Notes: a model not told the origin generated them from the sequence alone. 58,384 bases of DNA from Bacteroidales bacterium (GCA_017616475.1 JAFZYD010000085.1:1-58384), one strand, 5' to 3'. Numbered from the stretch's first letter, positions 36,697 to 46,690 are shown. A program made the numbers and translations.

Positions 36697-38060
36697 CAGA
36701 AAAGCTTACCAAGTTCCTGAACGACAACGCGTGGGCGCGTTGGGGGGCACTCGTGCTGATTGCCTCTATGATGTTTTTTGCCTATATGTTCGTGGACGTG
36801 ATGTCCCCGCTCAAAAGTATGATTGAGGCACAGCGCGGCTGGAGCAGCACCACCTTCGGCACATATGCCGCCAGCGAATACATCCTCAATGTGTGCGGCT
36901 TCCTTATCCTGGCCGGCATAATTCTGGACAAGATGGGCGTGCGCCACACCGGCGTGCTGTCCGCTTCGCTTATGGTTGTGGGGGCCTGCATCAAATATAT
37001 CGGCATAAGCGACTGGTTCCAGACCACCTCTTTCTGCCAGTGGCTGGGCAGTTGGTGGACCGCTCTCCCCGGCAGCGCCAAGATGGCCTCCCTGGGCTTT
37101 ATGATTTTCGGCTGCGGCTGCGAAATGGCCGGCACCACCGTCTCCAAGGCCATTGCCAAATGGTTCAAGGGCAAGGAGATGTCCCTGGCGATGGGCGTGG
37201 AAATGGCCATCGCCCGCTTGGGCGTGTTCGCGGTGATGTGGATTTCCCCGCTCATCTACAACAAGTTCGGCAGTGTCGTGGCGCCGCTGGCCTTCTGCAC
37301 AGCGCTGTTGTTCATCGGCCTCATCTTCTTTATTGTCTTCACCGTTATGGACCGCAAGTTGGACCGCCAGCTTATCGCAGCCGGTATGATGTCGGAGGAG
37401 CAGAATCCGGAAGACGAATTCCACGTAAGCGACCTTAAACAGATTTTCTCCAGCAAGATGTTCTGGATCGTGGCCCTGATGTGCGTGCTTTACTACAGCG
37501 CCATCTTCCCGTTCCAGCGCTATGCCCCTAACTATCTGGAAAGCACTCTGGGCATAGACGCCTCCACCGCGGCGCATCTGTTCAGCTTCTTCCCCATCCT
37601 GGCGATGGTGCTCACCCCGTTCCTGGGCGGCTTCATCTCCTTCAAGGGCAAAGCGGCCAGTATGTTGCTGATAGGTTCGCTCATTATGGTGGCCTGCCAC
37701 CTGAGTTTCGCCTTCCTGCTGCCGGCATTCCCTTCCAAGTGGCTGGCGCTCACCCTCATCCTCATACTGGGCGTGTCGTTCTCCCTGGTGCCCGCGGCCC
37801 TGTGGCCTTCGGTGCCCAAAATTATAGACGAGAAGGTGCTCGGCAGCGCATACTGCCTCATCTTCTGGGTGCAGAACATCGGCCTCTGCCTGGTGCCGCT
37901 GCTCATTGGCGTGGTGCTGGACAAGACCGGCGGCTATCTGGCCCCGATGCTCATTTTCTCCTCGTTCGGCGTGCTTGCGTTCATCTTCACCTTCCTGCTT
38001 AAGCTGGAGGACAAGCGCAAAGGCTACGGACTGGAACTCCCCGAAGTAAAAAAAGACTAA
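36693..38060 (+). CDS. Major facilitator superfamily transporter
   Basis: About 12 predicted hydrophobic helices in an MFS-like two-half organisation. The gene overlaps the cobB stop by 4 nt. Confidence 0.8.
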   Translation: MTEKLTKFLNDNAWARWGALVLIASMMFFAYMFVDVMSPLKSMIEAQRGWSSTTFGTYAASEYILNVCGFLILAGIILDKMGVRHTGVLSASLMVVGACIKYIGISDWFQTTSFCQWLGSWWTALPGSAKMASLGFMIFGCGCEMAGTTVSKAIAKWFKGKEMSLAMGVEMAIARLGVFAVMWISPLIYNKFGSVVAPLAFCTALLFIGLIFFIVFTVMDRKLDRQLIAAGMMSEEQNPEDEFHVSDLKQIFSSKMFWIVALMCVLYYSAIFPFQRYAPNYLESTLGIDASTAAHLFSFFPILAMVLTPFLGGFISFKGKAASMLLIGSLIMVACHLSFAFLLPAFPSKWLALTLILILGVSFSLVPAALWPSVPKIIDEKVLGSAYCLIFWVQNIGLCLVPLLIGVVLDKTGGYLAPMLIFSSFGVLAFIFTFLLKLEDKRKGYGLELPEVKKD

Positions 38061-38066
38061 TCTGAT

Positions 38067-39008
38067 ATGAAGAATTTTAAATTATTCTGCACAGTTGCGC
38101 TCCTGGCCGCCTTTACCGCCCTTGTTGCGGGCTGCGGCAAGGTGAATATGAAGCAGTTCAAGCAGCCCAAAGAGACTGTCAAGATTATCACAACCACCAG
38201 TTTCCGCCCGTCGGCGGAGAACCCCGCCGAGTGCGGCGAGCCCTACGACGACAACGACCTGTATCCCAACAAGACAGAGTATCTTGACAGCTACGGCAAC
38301 CCGATGTTGGAAACTTGGAACCACCCCGCCGGCGAGCCCTACATCTACGCCCGCTACTACTATTCCAACCGCACCTACGGGCAGTTGGAGAAGGTTGTCA
38401 AATACCAGCCCCCTATGAAACCGCAGACCGCCAGGTTCACCCGCGACGAGACCGGCGCAGTGATTGGCGTTTCCGAGACCCTCGTGCTCCCGGACAAGTT
38501 CTTTGAGAAGAAGGAGATAGAGCGCCCCACCCTCAAAGAAGAGAAAACCGTGACCGAGACCAAGGAGACCGTAGAAGAGAAAACCCCGCTGGAGGAGAAC
38601 CAGGTGCAGATAGACTACAAGACCACCCGCACCGACTCCGTTGTGGAGCTGGGCACCAAGGTCTACGACCAGAACACCGGCAAACTCACTCAACACTCTG
38701 GCATAGAATATGATAAAGCAGAGGTCGTATACGCTTTCGGCAAGACGTACGAATACACCCCGGACGGCAAGGTAAAGCGCATTGTGAACCGCGACAACAC
38801 CGGCACAGGCTTCTACACCTGGGAATACGACGACCACGGCAACTGGGTCGACTATAAATACTGGAAGGAGCCCGACGACGGCAAAGCATATTCGCAGAGC
38901 AAGGCATATGAATATAACGAAAACGGTGAATGGACCCGCTGCGTCACCACTACCAACGGTGAGGTGGAGGCCATCGTGCTCCGTACTTTCGAATATCTTG
39001 ACAAATAA
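38067..39008 (+). CDS. Hypothetical lipoprotein
   Basis: Lipobox leader LLAAFTALVAGCGK. No recognisable catalytic motif. Confidence 0.65.
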   Translation: MKNFKLFCTVALLAAFTALVAGCGKVNMKQFKQPKETVKIITTTSFRPSAENPAECGEPYDDNDLYPNKTEYLDSYGNPMLETWNHPAGEPYIYARYYYSNRTYGQLEKVVKYQPPMKPQTARFTRDETGAVIGVSETLVLPDKFFEKKEIERPTLKEEKTVTETKETVEEKTPLEENQVQIDYKTTRTDSVVELGTKVYDQNTGKLTQHSGIEYDKAEVVYAFGKTYEYTPDGKVKRIVNRDNTGTGFYTWEYDDHGNWVDYKYWKEPDDGKAYSQSKAYEYNENGEWTRCVTTTNGEVEAIVLRTFEYLDK

Positions 39009-39030
39009 TCTATAACCAATCAACTTAATT

Positions 39031-39546
39031 TTGAAAATGAAAAAGATTTTATCGGCTATCGCAGCCCTCACCCTCACCGCAATGTTGACCGTTTCCTGCG
39101 GTCTGCTTGGCGGCAGCAGTGCTACCACCTCCACCGACAGCACCACCAGCGGCACCACTGCAGGTAAAGTGCTCACCGCACTGCTTTCCCAGTACCTCAC
39201 CGACGGCAAGTTTGACACCAGCAACCTGTCCAACCTGATTAACCTGGCCACCCTGGCCACCACTCTCCAGACCCTCAAGGGCAACGGCAACAACCAGAGC
39301 ATACTCGGCAACTTTGCCGGCGGTCTGGTGAATGGTTCCAACAACCAGATAAGCACCACCAACAGCTCCACAATCACGAGCATTCTGGCCAGCCTGGTGA
39401 ACAACACCGACCTGTCGTCACTGGCAAGCCTGCTGACCCGCTCCGGCGAAGTAGACCAGGAGGCTGCAAAGGCCGTTGTGGAGACCGACGCTTTCGGCGC
39501 CGCCACCAACGCCCTCACCAACGTCTTCAAGTTGATGAGCCACTAA
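39031..39546 (+). CDS. Hypothetical low-complexity (Ser/Thr/Asn/Leu-rich) lipoprotein
   Basis: Lipobox leader LTAMLTVSCG. The ORF is followed by a strong terminator. Confidence 0.55.
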   Translation: MKMKKILSAIAALTLTAMLTVSCGLLGGSSATTSTDSTTSGTTAGKVLTALLSQYLTDGKFDTSNLSNLINLATLATTLQTLKGNGNNQSILGNFAGGLVNGSNNQISTTNSSTITSILASLVNNTDLSSLASLLTRSGEVDQEAAKAVVETDAFGAATNALTNVFKLMSH

Positions 39547-39570
39547 ACCAAACCTTGGTAAGAGTAAAAA

Positions 39571-39594
39571 AGCGACCTTCGGGCCGCTTTTTTA
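39571..39594 (+). terminator. Intrinsic terminator (TTCG tetraloop hairpin plus T-run)
   Basis: AGCGACC-TTCG-GGCCGCT stem-loop followed by TTTTTT and preceded by an A-run. Confidence 0.7.
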
Positions 39595-39641
39595 TTTGCC
39601 AAATGAATTCACTACATTTGTAGGAGTAAGTTTAACCAAAA

Positions 39642-41282
39642 ATGACTCCTCATCTCCGCATCGCGGCCGCGGCAACCGTCCTGGCCTTCTTCAGTTTTTT
39701 AATGGGATGCAGCACCCCCACCCCTCCGGAATTTGACTACGACGCCCTAAACCAGCAGGCGGCGGCGGAATATCTGCAGCCGGTGCACCCCGGCGTCAAG
39801 GGAGAGGTCCCCTTCTGGAACGGTTATTCCTTCAAGTTCATCTACGCCCCGGCATTCGATTTTGAAGATGTCGAAGGGGCGGCGCAATATGTCTACAGTG
39901 CCACCTCGGGCGACACGAGCCTGATGTTCGCTGCCGAAAGCCCCCGCGAAGCGCTCACCCCCGTATGGAACAGTCTTCCGATTGGCCCGGTGACCCTCAC
40001 GGTGCAGGCGGTGGACGGCGATGGCCAGAGCCTGGGCTCTCCCCAAGTGCGGGAATTTGAGAGAGACAACCCGTTCACGGGCCCGTACGACCCCGCCCCG
40101 CGCGGCTACCGCGAAGCTGCCCTCAAGGCGGCGGAGTTCATCCATAAGAGCATCATCGCCCGGAATTGGATAAAAGACACCGTCCCCAGCCTGGAATATC
40201 AGCTCAACTGCTACCCCAACAAGATTTGGGGCGGCGCCATCCAGTTGGAGTGCTTCGTAGCCCGGGAGTTGCCGCAATACCGCGAGGAAGCGCTCACCGC
40301 CGCCCGCAACGCCGCCGACGCCCTTATCCGCTACGCCCAGGGCCCGGACGGCCCCCTGCCATACTTCCCGCCCACCTATTTCGGCCGCGAGGGCGACTCT
40401 CTGGTTTGGTACATTAAGCGGGTGATAGACCGCAACAAAGATCTCACGATGTTCGCCGACGCCGTTATGGCGGCCGACGGTCTGCTGGACCTCTACGACA
40501 CCACCAAAGACAAGAAATATCTCGACCACGCCTGCCGCATTGCCGAGACCTACCGTGACAAGCAGGCCGCAGACGGCTCCTGGCCCGTAAAGGTAAGCTG
40601 GAGCACCGGCGAGTCCATAACCTCGGCCCGCTGTATGCCAACCACCATACTTACGCTGGCGCAGCGGCTGCGCGACCGCTACCGCATAAAAGGTTTCGAC
40701 AATATGATTGCCGTCACAGAAGATTGGCTATGGAAGAACACCATCTCCAACTTCAATTTCAACGGCCAGTTCGAAGATGTCAACGTGGCGGACAAGGCTA
40801 CCTATCAGAACCTCACCAACTGCGTCGCGGTAGATTGCATCGATTATTTGTTGCAGAAGCGCCGCCCCACTGAGCAGGAGATTGCCTCCTGCGTGGAAAT
40901 GGCCCGCTTTGCGGAGGACCAGTTCACCCGCTGGCATTCGCCGGTCGATGAAGAGGCCGACGCGCTTTGCACCGACGCCTTCTCCACACCGTTCGTGTTC
41001 GAGCAGTACTCGTTCCAATGCCCGATAGACGACAGCACCCTTGGCGTCGCCAGAGCCTTTATGCGGGTATATCTGGCCACGGGCGACCTTCTCTCGCTGG
41101 CCAAGGCCACGGCGTTGGCAGACAGCATCGTAAAAATTCAGGACGCCGAAAGCGGCTGCATCCCCACCAGCCTGAACCAGAGCGTGAAGGACCCCATCAG
41201 CGAGCATTGGGTCAACTGCACCTTCAACAGCATTTACACCCTCCTTATGTTGGACGATATATTAAACGGAAAAATAAAATGA
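39642..41282 (+). CDS. Lipoprotein, paralog 1 of 3; predicted alpha/alpha-toroid with QW-like motifs, function unknown
   Basis: Lipobox FLMGCS. Blocks are shared with the next two ORFs (VHPG..GEVPFWN, F(K/Y)IYAP(A/V)F, NPF(T/H)GPY, FNFNGQFEDV, ARFAEDQFTRW). QW-like motif YRDKQAADGSWPVKV is present. Confidence 0.8.
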   Translation: MTPHLRIAAAATVLAFFSFLMGCSTPTPPEFDYDALNQQAAAEYLQPVHPGVKGEVPFWNGYSFKFIYAPAFDFEDVEGAAQYVYSATSGDTSLMFAAESPREALTPVWNSLPIGPVTLTVQAVDGDGQSLGSPQVREFERDNPFTGPYDPAPRGYREAALKAAEFIHKSIIARNWIKDTVPSLEYQLNCYPNKIWGGAIQLECFVARELPQYREEALTAARNAADALIRYAQGPDGPLPYFPPTYFGREGDSLVWYIKRVIDRNKDLTMFADAVMAADGLLDLYDTTKDKKYLDHACRIAETYRDKQAADGSWPVKVSWSTGESITSARCMPTTILTLAQRLRDRYRIKGFDNMIAVTEDWLWKNTISNFNFNGQFEDVNVADKATYQNLTNCVAVDCIDYLLQKRRPTEQEIASCVEMARFAEDQFTRWHSPVDEEADALCTDAFSTPFVFEQYSFQCPIDDSTLGVARAFMRVYLATGDLLSLAKATALADSIVKIQDAESGCIPTSLNQSVKDPISEHWVNCTFNSIYTLLMLDDILNGKIK

Positions 41283-42886
41283 AACGGATTGTCACCATTA
41301 TCGCCGCCGCTCTTTTGATTGCCGGCTGCAGCGACTCCGGCAAGAACGTGCTGGATTTTGACTACGACTCCCTCAACGCCCGGGCGCTGGCGGAATACGA
41401 AATTCCGGTGCACCCCGGCATACCCGGCGAGGTGCCTTTCTGGAACCAATATGCCTTCAAATTCATCTACGCCCCGGCTTTCGGGTTCGAGAAGGTGGAT
41501 GAAGCCGGCCACTACTCCTACACCGCGGAGGCGGGCGGACAGTTCTTTATTTTCACCGCCGAAAATCCCAACGAGCCCCTCACCGACATTTGGAGCGACA
41601 TTCCCGTGGGGCCGGTGCACCTTGTTGTGCAGGCCTACGGCAGCAACGGCGAGGCGCTGGGCGAGCCGCAGATACGCGATTTTTCAAAGGACGACCCCTT
41701 CCACGGCCCTTACGAAACAGAGGCTCTGGATTACGCCGCAGCCACGGTAAAAGCGGCAGAATATATCCACTTCAGTCCCATCGGACAGTTGTGGCTCAAG
41801 ACGGGCGAACCCGACCCGGAATACCGTTTCAACAGCTACGCGTGCAAGATTTGGAGCGCCACCGTGCAGTGCGAGTGCTTTTTGGCCGCCAACAAACCGG
41901 AGCTTAAGGAGGATGCGCTTGCCGTAGCCCGCGCCGCAGCCGCAGCCCTTATGAAGTATTCCCGCCCGGAAGGCGAGCCGCTGGCTTTTTTCCCGCCGAC
42001 CTACTTCAAAAGCGCGGGCGACGAGAGTCTCTCCGGTGTTCTGGACTACAACCAGGTGACCACTATGTTTGTGGAGGCGGTTTGCGCCGCCAAAGCGCTG
42101 CTGGACCTTTACGACGCCACCGGAGAGCAGCAGTATTTCGATTTCGCCCGCCATATCGCAGAGACATACCGCAATTTGCAGAGCGAGGACGGCTACTGGC
42201 CTATGAAGGTGAATTATTACACCGGGGAGCCGACCATCCCGGCGCCGTGTATGCCCACCACCATCCTTCAGTTGGCACAGCGGCTCAAAGATCAGTATAA
42301 TGTAGATGGTTTCGAAGATATGATTGTCCGGTCGGAGGCTTGGCTGTGGCAGAATACCCTGGCCACGTTCAATTTCAACGGGCAGTTCGAGGATGTCCCG
42401 GTGGAAGGGCACGCTCCGTTCCAGGACCTTACCAATTGCGTCGCGGTAGATTGCATCGACTATCTGCTGGCAAAGCCCGATCCTTCGAACGCGGAGGTGA
42501 AGGTGTGCATAGAAATGGCCCGTTTCGCAGAGGATCAGTTCACCCGCTGGAACGCGCCACTGGATGTGGCTTTCGGCAGCGAGAGCGTGCAGGACGTCCT
42601 GCCGTTCGTTTACGAGCAGTTTGTGTTCCAGGTGCCGGTGGACCACAGCACGGCCGGAGTCGCTATGGCCTGGATGCGCATCTGGGAGCAAACCGGCGAC
42701 CCGCTGGCACTGGCCAAAGCCAAGACACTGGTAGACAGTCTTGTAAAGGTTCAGCAGGAGAATGGCCGCATCCCCACAGTGATGTACAACGAAGATCCTG
42801 ACAATCACAACGATATATGGGCCAATTGCACTTGGCAGAGCATTGTTGCCCTGGACCGTTTCAACAGAATAATCAACTCAAAATAG
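41279..42886 (+). CDS. Lipoprotein, paralog 2 of 3 (same family)
   Basis: ORF 40967..42886 trimmed to ATG 41279 (MKRIVTIIAAALLIAGCS). It overlaps the paralog 1 stop in ATGA. QW-like motif YRNLQSEDGYWPMKV is present. Confidence 0.8.
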   Translation: MKRIVTIIAAALLIAGCSDSGKNVLDFDYDSLNARALAEYEIPVHPGIPGEVPFWNQYAFKFIYAPAFGFEKVDEAGHYSYTAEAGGQFFIFTAENPNEPLTDIWSDIPVGPVHLVVQAYGSNGEALGEPQIRDFSKDDPFHGPYETEALDYAAATVKAAEYIHFSPIGQLWLKTGEPDPEYRFNSYACKIWSATVQCECFLAANKPELKEDALAVARAAAAALMKYSRPEGEPLAFFPPTYFKSAGDESLSGVLDYNQVTTMFVEAVCAAKALLDLYDATGEQQYFDFARHIAETYRNLQSEDGYWPMKVNYYTGEPTIPAPCMPTTILQLAQRLKDQYNVDGFEDMIVRSEAWLWQNTLATFNFNGQFEDVPVEGHAPFQDLTNCVAVDCIDYLLAKPDPSNAEVKVCIEMARFAEDQFTRWNAPLDVAFGSESVQDVLPFVYEQFVFQVPVDHSTAGVAMAWMRIWEQTGDPLALAKAKTLVDSLVKVQQENGRIPTVMYNEDPDNHNDIWANCTWQSIVALDRFNRIINSK

Positions 42887-42887
42887 T

Positions 42888-44510
42888 ATGAAAAAGATAT
42901 TTGCAGCCATCGCGGCCGCCGTTTTGCTGGCCGCGTGCAACCAGCCGTATCAGAATCCCCTTGAAAGTTTGGACTACGACGCCCTCAACGCTCAGGCGCT
43001 GGAAGAGTATTTGTCGCCCGTCCATCCCGGTGTGCCGGGCGAAGTTCCTTTCTGGAACAAGTTTGCCACCAAGTATATATACGCTCCGGTGTTCGAGTTC
43101 GAACAGGTGGATGGTGCCGCCAATTATTGCCTTAGCATTCCCTCCGGCGGAGAGTCGCTGTTTGTTTGCAACAACGCCCCGGTCATCGCCCTCTCCCCTA
43201 TTTGGAACGAGTTGCCGGTGGGTTGGATAGAGGCGACTATGCAGGCCACCGGTGCGGATGGCATGGCGGTCGGTTCTCCCGTCGCCCTTAAGTTCGAAAA
43301 GGACAATCCTTTCCACGGCCCGTACGAACCCGCCCCCATCGGCTACCGGGAGTCGGCAATAAAGGCCGCCAAAGCGCTACACGACAGCCCGTTAGGCCAG
43401 AGTTGGACTGGAGGCAACAAACCGGACACCACATATTTCTACAATTGCTACGCCTGCAAAATCTGGAGCGGCATCGCCCAGACGGAGTGTTTCCTTGCTC
43501 GCGAGGTACCGGAATATCACGACGCCGCCCTGGCCATCGCCCGCAATGCCTGCGACGGCCTCATTGCCATTGCTCAGCCGGAAGGTGCCCCGCTGGCCTT
43601 TTTCCCTCCCACATACTACTACGGAGAGAACAACGAAATCAGCACAAGCGTGCTCCGTTTTAATGTAGGCAAGACAATGTTTCTTGAGGCGACCTATGCC
43701 GCCAACGCTTTGCTTGACCTTTACGATCTTACAAAAGAAGAGAAATACCTCGACCACGCCCTTGGCATAGCAAAGACCTATCAGAGGCTTCAGGCAGAGG
43801 ACGGTTCCTGGCCCGTGAAGGTTATGTTCGAGACAGGCGAACCGGTGAACGAGGCCCGCTGCCTTCCCGCCGACATCCTTATGCTTGCCAACCGTCTCAA
43901 GGTAAAATACGGCGTGGAAGGTTTCGACGATATGGTGGCAAAGGGCGAGAAATGGATGTGGGACAACACCATCTCAGGTTTCCACTTTGACGGCCAGTTC
44001 GAGGATGTTCCCATCGAGGACAAGGTTCCTTATCAGAATTTGACCCACTGCACCGCCGGCGACTGCGTGGAGTATCTTATGACCAAGCCGCAGCAGACTC
44101 AGAAAGACCTTGACGCCTGCATAGAGATTGCCCGCTGGGCAGAAGACCAGTTTACCCGCTGGCACTCCGAAATAGAATATGAAGCCGACGCCCTCAGCGC
44201 CGTGGACAGCGTGTTCTCTTCGCCGTTCGTCTTCGAGCAGTATCACTGGAGGAATCCCGTGGATGCCAGCATCGCCAAGGTTGCCAACAACTTTATGCAC
44301 ATCTACCACAAAACCGGCGACCTGCTTGCACTTGCCAAGGCCAAGGCTCTGGTCGACACCCTGGTCAAGATACAAGATCCCGAAACGGGTATGATGCCCA
44401 CCCTTCCCAACAGCGAGACCAAGTTCTCCCAAGATGACATCTGGGCCAACTGCGTCTTCTACAGCATCAACATCCTTATGCGTATGCACCGCATCGCCAC
44501 CGGGGAGTAG
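42888..44510 (+). CDS. Lipoprotein, paralog 3 of 3 (same family)
   Basis: Lipobox AVLLAACN, starting 1 nt after the paralog 2 stop. QW-like motif YQRLQAEDGSWPVKV is present. Confidence 0.8.
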   Translation: MKKIFAAIAAAVLLAACNQPYQNPLESLDYDALNAQALEEYLSPVHPGVPGEVPFWNKFATKYIYAPVFEFEQVDGAANYCLSIPSGGESLFVCNNAPVIALSPIWNELPVGWIEATMQATGADGMAVGSPVALKFEKDNPFHGPYEPAPIGYRESAIKAAKALHDSPLGQSWTGGNKPDTTYFYNCYACKIWSGIAQTECFLAREVPEYHDAALAIARNACDGLIAIAQPEGAPLAFFPPTYYYGENNEISTSVLRFNVGKTMFLEATYAANALLDLYDLTKEEKYLDHALGIAKTYQRLQAEDGSWPVKVMFETGEPVNEARCLPADILMLANRLKVKYGVEGFDDMVAKGEKWMWDNTISGFHFDGQFEDVPIEDKVPYQNLTHCTAGDCVEYLMTKPQQTQKDLDACIEIARWAEDQFTRWHSEIEYEADALSAVDSVFSSPFVFEQYHWRNPVDASIAKVANNFMHIYHKTGDLLALAKAKALVDTLVKIQDPETGMMPTLPNSETKFSQDDIWANCVFYSINILMRMHRIATGE

Positions 44511-44544
44511 CATACGGCGGGCAAATACTGTTTCGCAAGTGCGT

Positions 44545-44770
44545 CCGCTCCGGGCGTAAGCCTCCGCTTGCAAGTTTTTCTCTGGCGAAGATCCGCCCCT
44601 GAAAAACTTCAAGCTCCGGACTCTTTTACGCCCGTTCGCTCTTCCCCTGCAGCCCCGCCAAACCGCCCTCCGGCCCCAAAATGGCCAAGAAACCCCGTCG
44701 CGACGCAACCCGCCACCCCGTGAAAGCCGGCAGCCGGCCACCCCCCGAAAGGCAGCTCCTCCTGTCGCCG
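44545..44770. repeat. Left arm of a ~225-bp imperfect inverted repeat flanking the R-M/NERD cassette
   Basis: The reverse complement of 44545-44770 aligns by eye with 48589-48809. Both ends match strongly (CGGCGACAGGAGG..CTTTCACGGGGTGGCGGGT and GTCCGGAGCTTGAA..GGCGGATCTTCGCC..CTTGCAAGCG..CCCGGAGCGG); the centre is weaker. The arm contains its own hairpin at 44566-44614. Confidence 0.8.
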
Positions 44771-44888
44771 CGAAAACCGATGCGGTTTGGCGGGGCGGTG
44801 GACTGCGGCAATCCTGCTAGCTATTACCAACTGAGAGAATAACGCAGAAAAAGATTAATAATCTCTTCCTTCCGATCTATTCTTTTTA

Positions 44889-44896
44889 TAACTTTG
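44889..44896 (+). promoter_or_regulatory. -7 promoter box (TAacTTTG) upstream of the first methyltransferase
   Basis: TAACTTTG lies 17 nt upstream of ATG 44914. No clear -33 TTTG is present. Confidence 0.35.
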
Positions 44897-44913
44897 TCGG
44901 AAAAGATGTGCTT

Positions 44914-45825
44914 ATGAAATTGTTTGAAGAAACGACACAAGCCCGTCCGTTCATAAAATGGGTTGGAGGGAAGACGCAATTGCTAGACGAGGTGCGAGAA
45001 TCGCTGCCACGCGATTTCGCAGAGCGCAAGCATTTCACATACGTAGAGCCATTTGTTGGCGGCGGAGCCGTCCTTTTCTGGATTCTTCAAACTTACCCGA
45101 ACATTGAGTATGCAGTCATTAACGACATTAACGAGGAATTAATTTGCACATATCGAGTCATCAAAAGCGACGTTGAATCTCTTATTGAAGCATTATCCAT
45201 AATACAAGACGAATACTCCAGATTAGACACCAACGCAAGAAAGGAGTATTATCTGGCTAAGCGAGCTCTATTTAATACTAAACAGACCTCTCAAATTGAG
45301 ACTGCCACACTTTTTATTTTTCTGAATCGAACCTGCTTCAACGGGCTCTATAGGGTCAATTCTAAGGGCGAATTCAATGTACCTCACGGGAAATATGCAA
45401 ATCCGCGCATCTGTGACGCATCAAACCTTATAGCGGTCTCAAAAGTCCTTCAAAAGGTAGAAATCCTTTGTGGTGACTTTGCCCAGACTGGCAAATATGC
45501 TAATACAAGCACATTGTTCTACTTGGACCCGCCTTATAAGCCAATCACGGAAACATCGTCGTTTACCTCATACGCACAAGGCGGCTTCGATGATTCCGAA
45601 CAGATTAGACTCCGTGACTTCTGTAATCAAATTTCCACCGCTGGGGCTCTGTTCGTTGCCAGTAACTCAGATCCCACAGAAGTACACTCCGAAGAAACAT
45701 TCTTTGATAGAATCTATAATCATTTTTTCATCAAACGGGTATCAGCTGCTCGTATGATAAACTCCGACCCCAACGGGCGCGGGTGTATATCGGAGCTGAT
45801 GATTTCTAACGTAATAAATGCTTAA
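44914..45825 (+). CDS. Dam-family (alpha-class) N6-adenine DNA methyltransferase, M.MboIA/DpnM-like, predicted GATC specificity
   Basis: The ORF track starts at GTG 44908, but ATG 44914 is more likely. Motifs are PFIKWVGGKTQLL, motif I VEPFVGGGAV, NRTCFNGLYRVN, and motif IV LDPPY near the C-terminus. Confidence 0.9.
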   Translation: MKLFEETTQARPFIKWVGGKTQLLDEVRESLPRDFAERKHFTYVEPFVGGGAVLFWILQTYPNIEYAVINDINEELICTYRVIKSDVESLIEALSIIQDEYSRLDTNARKEYYLAKRALFNTKQTSQIETATLFIFLNRTCFNGLYRVNSKGEFNVPHGKYANPRICDASNLIAVSKVLQKVEILCGDFAQTGKYANTSTLFYLDPPYKPITETSSFTSYAQGGFDDSEQIRLRDFCNQISTAGALFVASNSDPTEVHSEETFFDRIYNHFFIKRVSAARMINSDPNGRGCISELMISNVINA

Positions 45826-45827
45826 AT

Positions 45828-46685
45828 ATGAGGGATTTTGATGTGTGGATGGCTGGTTTTCGCACAGCCATCTCAGGATATAAGTATTATACCGATTTTG
45901 AGAAGGTGCACCGCAACGTCGATGCCATTAGAGTAGAACTTAATATTATGAACTCTCTTATTGGAAGTGATGATATTGAGACTGATTTTGTCGCATTGTG
46001 CAGAAGGTACCCTGAGATTCTAAAGTGTATTCCTATTCTTCTTGCCAAGCGCGAGACTGAGATTCTTACAGTCGATTTTGACGGCGAGCACCTATTCAGT
46101 TTCAAGAAAAAGAATTACCCGATAGAAGACTATATTGTCTTTATGCAGGAAACCGGACTTTTCGATCTTATGAGAAATAAACGCATTCATAGTCTCGTTG
46201 ACTATGTCACTGGCGTAGAAACTGGATTAGACTCGAATGCCCGCAAAAACCGTGGCGGTCACGCAATGGAAGATCTTGTGGAGAGCTATCTTGTTAGGGC
46301 TGGACTGCAAAAAGGCAAGACTTACTTTAAGGAAATGTATATTCACGACATCGAAAAGAAATGGGATGTTGATCTATCTTGTATATCTAATGAGGGTAGT
46401 ACTGAGAAAAGGTTCGATTTTGTTATTAAGCGGCCCAGGATGATATATGGCATTGAGACCAACTTTTATACCAGCGGCGGCTCAAAATTAAATGAAACAG
46501 CTCGTAGCTATAAGACAATAGCACTGGAGACCAAGGACCTTCCATACTTCAAATTTGTATGGATTACAGACGGCCGTGGCTGGGGCTCCGCTCGTAACAA
46601 TCTTAAAGAGACCTTTGACGTGCTGGAGAATCTGTATAACATTATGGACCTCGATGAGGGTGTAATATTCACCAATCTTGTTTAG
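45828..46685 (+). CDS. Type II restriction endonuclease of the DpnII/MboI family (GATC)
   Basis: Long conserved blocks match what I recall of R.DpnII: YYTDFEKV, LNIMNSLIGS, YPEILK, LVDYVTGVETGLDSNARKNRGGHAMED, KRFDFVIK, NFYTSGGSKLNETARSYK, WITDGRGW, NNLKETFD. Confidence 0.88.
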   Translation: MRDFDVWMAGFRTAISGYKYYTDFEKVHRNVDAIRVELNIMNSLIGSDDIETDFVALCRRYPEILKCIPILLAKRETEILTVDFDGEHLFSFKKKNYPIEDYIVFMQETGLFDLMRNKRIHSLVDYVTGVETGLDSNARKNRGGHAMEDLVESYLVRAGLQKGKTYFKEMYIHDIEKKWDVDLSCISNEGSTEKRFDFVIKRPRMIYGIETNFYTSGGSKLNETARSYKTIALETKDLPYFKFVWITDGRGWGSARNNLKETFDVLENLYNIMDLDEGVIFTNLV

Positions 46686-46690
46686 TGAGT

